DNA of 64,000 nt, from the NCBI GenBank assembly GCA_963543925.1, contig CAUUCP010000005.1, positions 2,361 to 66,360 of the forward strand, read 5' to 3'. Each line of letters begins with the position of its first letter. Position 1 is the first letter of the stretch. Source of the stretch: an uncultured Bacteroidia bacterium. GTDB taxonomy: Bacteria > Bacteroidota > Bacteroidia > Bacteroidales > CAJPTX01. Below the pieces are notes generated by a model. It made no database searches and was not told the origin of the DNA. It worked only from the letters and a program-made list of their open reading frames with translations. The translations under genes were made by a program, and so were the position numbers. Shown here one piece after another: positions 9,584 to 16,455 of this stretch.

Positions 9584-10852
9584 TTATTCGGTTAGTATAT
9601 AAGGGATCGCCCCATAGCGCCCTGCTATATAGTTTCGCTCATAATTGGCGTTGTTCCGTGGTTTTGTTCCGTCAGGGAACACGATGTCGGAGAGGCAATA
9701 TAAATCGGTTTGTTCCATAGCATTTTTTTCAGTAAACCAGATCTGATCGCGTCGCATATTTTTCGTAGAAAGGAGGTGCGTATCATGGGTGGTAAATATC
9801 AATTGCGCATGATTGGGGTTGGTCGTCTCATTATTGAATAATGAAATAATGTTTTGAGAAATCAGAGGGTGCATCTTCGCATCTAGTTCGTCAATCACAA
9901 GCACAGAACTATTATTCAGGGTATCAAACAGAGGTCCCGCTAAATCAAATAGTTTGATAGTACCCGATGATTCCCGCTCGTAGAATGCGAAATCTAATAC
10001 GCCATCTTTGATACCCTCCGTGTTATAAACATTATGGATGGAATTCAACTCAAGGTGCTCTTTCCTATCCAATGTCTTTGTTAGTAAGTTTTTCAATTCG
10101 TCTGGAATTTCGTCGGGGATGGACGGCTTTTCCTCTTTTGTCTCAAGATCTACAAAGCCTACTTGGAGTCTCTTCAAGAAATCAAGAACCTTAGTGCTAA
10201 GTTCCGTCTTCTGATGGAATTGAAGTTTCGAAAAATTCCTATAACCCTGATTATTAAGTCCCGAGATTACGTGAATCTTATTCTGAAACCATGAAAGTAC
10301 GCTCTTGGAGCGTGCGCCTCCTAATTGTGCACACAAAGAGAGAAAAAGACGGTTGTCGTTTAATTTATTTTCTAAGTCGATCCCTTCCGCGAATAGTTTC
10401 TCATTGATGGCAATATTATCATCCTCGCGAATGTATAGGTAAGTTTCCTTTGAGCGAGGTGTGCTACTTACGAAGAGCCATTCACTTTCTATCCGAGAAG
10501 GGAGATAACTGAAACCATAGCGGTAGCAGTAACTACCATGCATAAAAACAATTTCAAAAGATGTGGGCGCTTGGTTTCCTCGCAAAAGCAAAAATGGATC
10601 GTACATTAACGAATCGTCATCGTTGAGCTTTACGGAAAATAACACACACGCAATCATGGTATTAAAGGCTTTGACCAAATTCGATTTCCCACTCGAATTA
10701 GCGCCATAAATGGCCAAGGTCTTCAGTATACGATGCGAATTCTCTATAGCAACATTGTCATTGTTGGGTTCGCTAATATTTTGTGCTTTCATTGAAAGCG
10801 TTTTTTTGTCAAAGAAAGAACGATAATTACCCACAGAGAACTCAAGCAACAT
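9584..10852 (-). CDS. ABC/SMC-like AAA_21-type ATPase (AbiLi/RloA-like)
   Basis: Start moved to the internal MLLEFSVGNYRSF (nt 10852), a typical N-terminus for this family. Walker A is YGANSSGKSN, Walker B is VLVIDELDAKMHP, the H-loop is FTTHDTHLL. A TACCTTTG -7 box lies 32 nt upstream of this start. Confidence 0.85.
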   Translation of the reverse strand: MLLEFSVGNYRSFFDKKTLSMKAQNISEPNNDNVAIENSHRILKTLAIYGANSSGKSNLVKAFNTMIACVLFSVKLNDDDSLMYDPFLLLRGNQAPTSFEIVFMHGSYCYRYGFSYLPSRIESEWLFVSSTPRSKETYLYIREDDNIAINEKLFAEGIDLENKLNDNRLFLSLCAQLGGARSKSVLSWFQNKIHVISGLNNQGYRNFSKLQFHQKTELSTKVLDFLKRLQVGFVDLETKEEKPSIPDEIPDELKNLLTKTLDRKEHLELNSIHNVYNTEGIKDGVLDFAFYERESSGTIKLFDLAGPLFDTLNNSSVLVIDELDAKMHPLISQNIISLFNNETTNPNHAQLIFTTHDTHLLSTKNMRRDQIWFTEKNAMEQTDLYCLSDIVFPDGTKPRNNANYERNYIAGRYGAIPYILTE

Positions 10853-10883
10853 GATTATAAATGGATTATCACACTTAGCAGAA

Positions 10884-10891
10884 CAAAGGTA
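10884..10891 (-). promoter_or_regulatory. Bacteroidota -7 promoter box (TACCTTTG on the minus strand) for the ATPase/RloB operon
   Basis: The plus strand reads CAAAGGTA, whose reverse complement TACCTTTG matches TAnnTTTG. It is 32 nt upstream of the ATG at 10852. Confidence 0.5.
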
Positions 10892-11193
10892 CGATTTGTT
10901 ACCAGAGTATGTTAGATATTGAAGAAAAACTTCAGAACGAGACATCGAGTTGTCCGACAGGGGACGCTCTTTGACTAGTCCCAGTAGTACCCCCCCAGAA
11001 AAATAGGTAAGAGTACTATCTATCACAAAAAAGAACCGCCCCTCTGACAAGAAGACAGAAGAGCGGCGCTTCTATGCATAGCGAACAAGCTTGTCGTGCG
11101 AGCCTTACCCCCCCTACACGAGGAAGACGCCCCTCAGGAGATTCTAAGCATGCCCACGCACGCGATCTTGTTGACTCTAACCGCGAAGGGCGT

Positions 11194-12663
11194 TTATTCA
11201 AAGATTGCCCTCACCACATACACCTTTTTCGTAGGATAACTGTCACGACTGACCGTCAGAGAGATAAGCTTTTTACCTTCCGCGGGTGTCGCCTTTATCT
11301 CTATCTTGCTACTCAGAGTAACATTGCTAAGCCTTTGTTCGCCGTTGATAGTGAGTGTCCCGCTGCCGTCGACTACGGTCAGGAGGCCGAAGTCTTGTTC
11401 CTCCTTATCCCCGTTGAATTTCCAGCCACGTGCTATGAGTGTCTCGCGTGCAGCCTTCCCTTCGGCATTGTAAACCAGTTCATTGACATCGAACTCAAGA
11501 CCACTTATCGTTGTCCCTTCTGCCCACCCTACGAGTGTCTTGGAGTAGTTGTCCACACTCATCGCGGTAGTGCCTAGCCCTCCCACTACTGTTTTTATGT
11601 TCCATTTGCCTAATGGCTGGTTAAAGGCAGAGCAGTCATCGAACATACCTTGCATACTGGTCACGTTGCTTACGTTCCAGTTGTTTAGTGGCTGGTTAAA
11701 TTTGGAGCAGCCATTGAACATACCTTGCATGTCGGTTACGTTGCCCACGTTCCACTGTTCCAGTGGCTGGTTAAAGGCGGAGCAGTCGCGGAACATACCC
11801 CCCATGTTGGTCACCTTGCTTACGTCCCAGTTGTCTAGTGGCTGATTGAAGGTGACGTCGTTTGTGAACATCCACTCCATATTGGTCACGTTGCCCACGT
11901 TCCAATCTTCTAGTGGCTGGTTAAATTTGGAGCAGCCATCGAACATACCTTGCATGTCGGTTACGTTGCCCACGTTCCAATCTTCTAGCGGCTGGTTAAA
12001 CTTGGCGCAGTTGTAGAACATAAAGTTCATATCGGTTACGTTGCCCACGTTCCACTTGTCTAGCGGTTGATTAAAGGCGGCGCAGTCATCGAACATACTC
12101 TCCATGTTGGTTACGTTACTCACGTTCCAGTGGTTTAGTGGCTGATTGAACGCGGAGCAGCCGTAGAACATATTGGACATGTACATCACCTTCCTAAGGT
12201 CTGGGGTATCGATCCCCGCTGCGAAAGTCATGTTCGCGCATCCTCTGAACATTCTTTCCATAGACTCCCACTCCACGGTACCGAATTGAATCACCTCCAG
12301 CAAGGCTTCGTTACTGCTTGCAGGAACCCAATTCCCACCAATAGACTCTCCTGTCATCTCCATATACTTCACTCCTGCAGGTCCCGCCTCTACGGTGTAA
12401 ATCCCGTCATCTGTAGGAGTAAAGGCGTACGGATGTCCCCCATCCGAGACGCTTACTGTTTGGTTGATCTTCTCGTTCCCACTGGCGTTCTTGATCACCA
12501 TCTTGTACGTCCCCACGATGGGGATTTTCAATTCCACGCCCGCCTTTCCTTTCCACTTCGTAATAAACGGACGTCCTTGCGCACTCACATCTCCCACAAA
12601 ATAGAGTAGTACTACTAGCGCTACTACGATTTTTAACGTTTTCCTCATACTTATCCACTGCAT
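11194..12663 (-). CDS. BspA/DUF285 family leucine-rich-repeat surface protein
   Basis: 489 aa with a signal peptide (VVALVVLLYFVGDVSAQ). About nine 25-aa repeats follow the pattern MF.GCS.FNQPL..WNVGNVT.M. The N-terminal beta-rich module is paralogous to that of the 3855-8741 protein. No obvious T9SS CTD. Confidence 0.9.
   Translation of the reverse strand: MQWISMRKTLKIVVALVVLLYFVGDVSAQGRPFITKWKGKAGVELKIPIVGTYKMVIKNASGNEKINQTVSVSDGGHPYAFTPTDDGIYTVEAGPAGVKYMEMTGESIGGNWVPASSNEALLEVIQFGTVEWESMERMFRGCANMTFAAGIDTPDLRKVMYMSNMFYGCSAFNQPLNHWNVSNVTNMESMFDDCAAFNQPLDKWNVGNVTDMNFMFYNCAKFNQPLEDWNVGNVTDMQGMFDGCSKFNQPLEDWNVGNVTNMEWMFTNDVTFNQPLDNWDVSKVTNMGGMFRDCSAFNQPLEQWNVGNVTDMQGMFNGCSKFNQPLNNWNVSNVTSMQGMFDDCSAFNQPLGKWNIKTVVGGLGTTAMSVDNYSKTLVGWAEGTTISGLEFDVNELVYNAEGKAARETLIARGWKFNGDKEEQDFGLLTVVDGSGTLTINGEQRLSNVTLSSKIEIKATPAEGKKLISLTVSRDSYPTKKVYVVRAIFE
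11596..12261 (-). repeat. Tandem 75-bp (25-codon) LRR coding repeats
   Basis: 75-nt periodicity runs through the LRR block. 11690-11754 and 11915-11979 (225 nt = 3 units apart) are identical at 64 of 65 nt. Confidence 0.85.
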
Positions 12664-12796
12664 TGCACAACAATATAAGGCAAGTTCTCAAAAAAAACGT
12701 CAATGCAAAATAGTGCCTAGTGCATCAGGCGAGAGAAAGTGCTCAAAAGGCAGTAGGGGACTGGGGTAGAAAGGAATGGAAAATAATTTTCTCTGG

Positions 12797-13169
12797 TACT
12801 GTCTGTAAAAGTGTGTAAGAGGCTGCCTATTCCTCCGCCTACCGCCCGCTCTTTATACCTCCATTATACATTACCACTTTAGGAAATCCTAAACCAGTAT
12901 TTCTACAACTAACTAAATAATGCAATATAGAAATAATGGAATACATTTATAATAAGGGCGTTCTTTCTGCCAAATTGACAGGCTCTACAAAGGGTCTACA
13001 CGTACTCTACACCGACTCTACACGTACTCTACAAGGATGACAAAAGGATGACAAAATGACAATACACCCGCTCTACCCTTATCCCAACCTGTGGGTAGTC
13101 TCGTATATTTAGAAATATATAATGCTTTATAAGCCCCCCGATCGCAGACCCGTTCTCACCCCCTTACAC
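12797..13169 (+). repeat. Intergenic IR-bounded element, copy A (variant; 11-bp array in inverted orientation)
   Basis: It starts with TACTGTCTGTAAAAGTGTGTAAG and shares the left arm with copies B and C (GGCTGCCTAT..CGCCCG.TCTTTATAC..CACTTTAGGAAA.C.TAAA). It ends in CCCTTACAC, abutting copy B. Confidence 0.7.
12983..13059 (-). repeat. Phased 11-bp direct-repeat array of copy A (7 units)
   Basis: The units are ctctacaaagg / gtctacacgta / ctctacaccga / ctctacacgta / ctctacaagga / tgacaaaagga / tgacaaaatga. The first five are the reverse complement of GTGTAGAG-type units. The last two are a second motif in the same 11-nt register. Confidence 0.8.
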
Positions 13170-13171
13170 GG

Positions 13172-13555
13172 TACTGTCCGTAAAAGTGTGTAAGAGGCTG
13201 CCTATTTCGCCTCCCAACGCCCGTTCTTTATACACATAGTGCCTACTCCACTTTAGGAAACTCTAAATCTCTACTTTTATACGATAAGATAAATAATAGA
13301 ATACGAGAACAGCCGAATACGTATAGAATATGGGCTATTTTTGGGTAGGTAATTTTACCTAATTTGGTGCGTGTAGAGTACGTGTAGAGTACGTGTAGAG
13401 TCGGTGTAGCGTTGGTGTACTCCGAACATGCCTTGTTTGGGGATAAGGGATTAAAGAAAACATAAAGCGGATTTTCCCCGTTTTTCTCCCCCGTTGCAGT
13501 GATTCTTACACACTTTTTTAGGACAGTATCCCTTACACACTCTTCTAGGACAGTA
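13172..13555 (+). repeat. Intergenic IR-bounded element, copy B (reference copy)
   Basis: The left end TACTGTCCGTAAAAGTGTGTAAG (13172-13194) is the reverse complement of the right-end unit CTTACACACTTTTTTAGGACAGTA (13505-13528), apart from one indel and one mismatch. The right unit is duplicated at 13532-13555. The palindrome TAGGTAA-TT-TTACCTA is at 13346-13361. Confidence 0.8.
13371..13425 (+). repeat. Phased 11-bp direct-repeat array of copy B (5 units)
   Basis: The units are gtgtagagtac / gtgtagagtac / gtgtagagtcg / gtgtagcgttg / gtgtactccga, contiguous with exact 11-nt spacing. Confidence 0.85.
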
Positions 13556-13632
13556 GCGTCGTGTTCTGGAGGGGGGATAGATTCTAGCACCCCGCTCTTT
13601 TACAACAACTCTGTAGATTAAAATAAAAGCAC

Positions 13633-13640
13633 TACCTTTG
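13633..13640 (+). promoter_or_regulatory. Bacteroidota -7 promoter box (TACCTTTG) upstream of tRNA-Arg
   Basis: It matches TAnnTTTG and ends 21 nt upstream of the mature tRNA 5' end. Confidence 0.5.
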
Positions 13641-13660
13641 TCTTCGTGGTAGACTGAAAA

Positions 13661-13737
13661 GGCCCCGTAGTTCAGCTGAATAGAACGTCAGATTCCGGTT
13701 CTGAAGGTCGTGGGTTTGAATCCCGCCGGGGTCACCA
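13661..13737 (+). tRNA. tRNA-Arg(CCG): tRNA-Arg (anticodon CCG), CCA encoded
   Basis: Hand-folded cloverleaf. The acceptor is GGCCCCG/CGGGGTC (one G-U), the D stem is GTTC/GAAC, and the anticodon stem is TCAGA/TCTGA with loop TTCCGGT. The T stem is GTGGG/CCCGC, followed by discriminator A and CCA. Confidence 0.9.
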
Positions 13738-13765
13738 CTTTCATATTGGAAAATCTAGTTGTACT

Positions 13766-14545
13766 ATGCGTCACCCCCTTAAGTGTTCGAGCCTTGTGGC
13801 AAGCCTCTTTATTGCAGGTGTTGTGCTCGTAGGCTGTTCGGAGTCTGAACCCCAACAGAAAATCCTCCCTGGTTCGCCAGAAGATACCCCAGAGAACGCG
13901 ATTAAGAATTACGACTTCAAGAAGCTTAGCTATGCATTGGGGATTTCGGCTGGACAGTATATCGTGAGCGAGGAAATACGTCTTCGTGAAGAGGAGTTTA
14001 TGCGTGGCTTGCGAGACCAGATCAATGGTAAGCCCGAGCTCTCCGATGCTGAGGTACAGGACGTCATGCGTTCCTATGCGATGATGCACATGAACGCCAA
14101 GGCTGCCGAGGCGGGGCGTCTTGAGAAGCGTTACTTTGACTCTGTCGCACAGCTCGAAGGGGTGATCAAGGATGAGTCTGGGCTATGCTACAAGATCCTC
14201 CAAGAGGGAACTGGGGCGCAGCCACAGGACACGAGTATGGTTCTGATGCACTACAAGGTTACGACCGTCGATGGTAAGCAAATTGACGCCTCGGCAGAAG
14301 AACCCGTGATGCTCGATCTGCGCCGTGTCATCCGTGGCTGGTCGATCGCTATTCCCAAGCTCAAGGAGGGTGCCAAAGCAACCCTTTACATCCCCTCCGA
14401 ACTCGCTTATGGACCCTCCGGGCGAGATCCCATTCCTGCCAATGCAACGTTGATTTTTGATGTAGAGCTCGTCAAGGTGATGTCTCCTGCTGATGTGGAG
14501 GCTTATACTAAGAAGATGAGCCAGAGGACAAACGAGAAAAAGTAA
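13766..14545 (+). CDS. FKBP-type peptidyl-prolyl cis-trans isomerase lipoprotein (Mip/FklB-like)
   Basis: The lipobox is VLVGC. The C-terminal FKBP core is VLMHYKVTTVDGKQIDAS...VIRGWSIAIPKLKEGAKATLYIPSELAYGPSG...IPANATLIFDVELVKV. Confidence 0.9.
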   Translation: MRHPLKCSSLVASLFIAGVVLVGCSESEPQQKILPGSPEDTPENAIKNYDFKKLSYALGISAGQYIVSEEIRLREEEFMRGLRDQINGKPELSDAEVQDVMRSYAMMHMNAKAAEAGRLEKRYFDSVAQLEGVIKDESGLCYKILQEGTGAQPQDTSMVLMHYKVTTVDGKQIDASAEEPVMLDLRRVIRGWSIAIPKLKEGAKATLYIPSELAYGPSGRDPIPANATLIFDVELVKVMSPADVEAYTKKMSQRTNEKK

Positions 14546-14550
14546 AGGGG

Positions 14551-14964
14551 ATGGCTGCGATTCTTTCGATAGTGGGACGCATTATCTCGATACTTCCGAA
14601 GGTCGAGGGCGAGAGTGCTAATGGACACTGGGTACGACAAAGCTTTGTCGTGGAAGTTGTGGAGGGGAATTTTACCTCTAATGTCTGTTTCGACGCGTGG
14701 GGAGAAAACTCGGTAAATGCCCTTGCGGCTTTTAAGACGGGCGATGCGGTGAATGTCTCTTTCCGTCCCTCCTCGCGCGAGTTCAATGGAAAATGGTACA
14801 CCAGTCTTCGTGCTTGGCGGATTGTTAGTGAAACGGAGGCTACACAGACGCAGCATGATGGGGTGGTAGACCCAGAGCCCGCCGTGGCACATATTGATAC
14901 TACCCCGAGCGAAGAAACAGCTGAGGGGGGAGCGGTGAAGAAATTAGAGGATCTTCCCTTCTAA
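14551..14964 (+). CDS. DUF3127-family small protein
   Basis: The pattern GRIISILP..EGESANG.W.RQSFVVE....F.S.VCFDAWGE......FKTGD.V.VSF...SREFNGKWYTSLRAW is typical of DUF3127, followed by an acidic tail. Confidence 0.75.
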   Translation: MAAILSIVGRIISILPKVEGESANGHWVRQSFVVEVVEGNFTSNVCFDAWGENSVNALAAFKTGDAVNVSFRPSSREFNGKWYTSLRAWRIVSETEATQTQHDGVVDPEPAVAHIDTTPSEETAEGGAVKKLEDLPF

Positions 14965-14992
14965 GTCCCTTTCGTCCAATCGCTATTTTTAC

Positions 14993-16411
14993 ATGCAGTG
15001 TATAGTGAGGAGCTTGAGGATTGACCCCTCTAAGCTCCTTCTTTTTTCTCTTTGTTGGGGGCTCTTCGTAGCGTGCTTGCCGAGTTGTGCAGAGAAGGAG
15101 GGGGCGATCCCTTCGGTCTCCGACCTTCGGCTTTCTGTAGATTCGATTTGTTTCGACAGTGTTTTCCTTACCGAGGTCTCTCCAACCCACCTCGTACGAG
15201 TCTATAATCTTACCTCACACTCCATTATTATCCCTCGTTTGGCGTTGCTGGGGGGAAGTCAGAGTCAATTCTCGTTATTGATTGATGGGGAACAGACTAC
15301 AGAGGCGAAGGATGTGCGTATCGAAGGGCGCGATAGTCTCACGATCCTGGCTCGTGTACGTCCCATCTCGACAACCGTTACAACCGAACGTTTGCATGAC
15401 GAGCTTGTCCTCTCCTTACGAGATGGGGGGAAACGATCCGTGCGTCTGCGTGCAACGGGTTTAGCACATAATGATGTCGGAGAGAATGACTTCCGAAAAT
15501 TAAACGCTCTACTACAAGAGGCGCCTAAGACCCCCCTCCTGATTACGCGCACGGTGGAAGTCCCCAAGGGAGAGACCCTCTATATCCCTGCTGGAGTAAG
15601 GCTTTATTTTCGTCCCCAAGCAGGTTTACGGGTGTACGGTTCATTGGTCATTGAGGGGGTGCCCAAACAGCACGCACTTCTGGCAGGGGAACGTCTAGAT
15701 ACAGCGTATAGGGATACCCCAGGGCAATGGTTGGGGATTTCCTTGATGCCAGGGAGTGGTCCTCACCGTATCATGCATGCTACGATTCGCGCTGCAGTGA
15801 CGGCGATACGTACGGATTCTGTACATCGACTCAGTGTGATAGAGAACTCCATCGTGCGTGGGGCGAGTCTGGATGCCATGGTCTTCAAACGGTCGAACTT
15901 CCTCTTGCGGGGCTGTATCTTTACACAGAACTCTGGGGCTGCGGTGGCTGTGGCAGGAAGTCGTATTTCGTTGATTCACTGTTCGCTCAATGGGATGACA
16001 CGCTTTGGACAGGCGCGTCGTTCGGCGCTCATTTCGCTAGAAAAGCCACCACAGGGTACACAGAATCAGCTCTCGGTGATCAACTCGATTGTGTGGGGGA
16101 ATTACGAGGTCGAGTTCCGTTCCTATGATACCGAGCGTTTTGCGAATGAGATTGTTACACTTTCCCACTCTCTGATCCGCTGGGGTAGTCAACGTCCCCC
16201 GATTGCGGATCACTGGGTGGGAGTTATTTACTCCCCTCCCCAGTGGGAGAATGCGAGCAAGCACAACTTGGCATTAAAATCCTCTTCCCCTGCGCGTGGT
16301 ACTGCTTTGGTATTGGAAGAGTCTGAGGATGCCGAGGACATCAATGGTTTTCCTCGTCTACACGCTGACGGTACTGTGGATATGGGCGCGCTTGTCTGGG
16401 ATGAGGATTAG
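14993..16411 (+). CDS. Hypothetical lipoprotein, possible right-handed beta-helix fold
   Basis: Signal/lipobox LFVACLPSC. Repeated short motifs resemble parallel beta-helix turns (NSIVRGASLDAMVF, GCIFTQNSGAAVAV, LIHCSLNG, NSIVWGN). Family not recognised. Confidence 0.55.
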   Translation: MQCIVRSLRIDPSKLLLFSLCWGLFVACLPSCAEKEGAIPSVSDLRLSVDSICFDSVFLTEVSPTHLVRVYNLTSHSIIIPRLALLGGSQSQFSLLIDGEQTTEAKDVRIEGRDSLTILARVRPISTTVTTERLHDELVLSLRDGGKRSVRLRATGLAHNDVGENDFRKLNALLQEAPKTPLLITRTVEVPKGETLYIPAGVRLYFRPQAGLRVYGSLVIEGVPKQHALLAGERLDTAYRDTPGQWLGISLMPGSGPHRIMHATIRAAVTAIRTDSVHRLSVIENSIVRGASLDAMVFKRSNFLLRGCIFTQNSGAAVAVAGSRISLIHCSLNGMTRFGQARRSALISLEKPPQGTQNQLSVINSIVWGNYEVEFRSYDTERFANEIVTLSHSLIRWGSQRPPIADHWVGVIYSPPQWENASKHNLALKSSSPARGTALVLEESEDAEDINGFPRLHADGTVDMGALVWDED

Positions 16412-16455
16412 GTGTCTGTAATAAGTCCCTGACTACACCAATCTTATGGATAGAC

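Noticed and set aside
10853-11050. Long N-terminal extension of the ATPase ORF (listed start 11050)
   Set aside because: The extension (MSEGRFFFVIDS...) has no homology-like features. The family-typical N-terminus MLLEFSVGNYRSF begins at 10852, with a TACCTTTG -7 box 32 nt upstream and inside the supposed extension.
11074-11577. 167-aa plus-strand ORF overlapping the 3' end of the DUF285 gene
   Set aside because: It is antisense to a strongly supported repeat-protein gene. The product is low-complexity and Cys/Arg-rich.
3855-12663. The two inverted DUF285 paralogues as substrates for inversion of the intervening ATPase/RloB islet
   Set aside because: The homologous N-terminal and LRR regions look only about 60-65% identical at the nucleotide level by eye. 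That is too divergent for efficient homologous recombination. No shared long identical tracts were found.
12983-13425. The short direct-repeat arrays as a CRISPR array
   Set aside because: The units are 11 nt and contiguous with no spacers, and the arrays have only 4-7 units. No cas genes are present in the window.
13243-13590. 115-aa ORF inside repeat copy B, and the similar 70-aa ORF 34196-34408 inside copy D, as a small conserved protein
   Set aside because: The corresponding frame in copy C is not open, since no ORF is listed there. The shared peptide similarity only reflects DNA identity. The core is an 11-nt tandem repeat (not a multiple of 3) and a palindrome.
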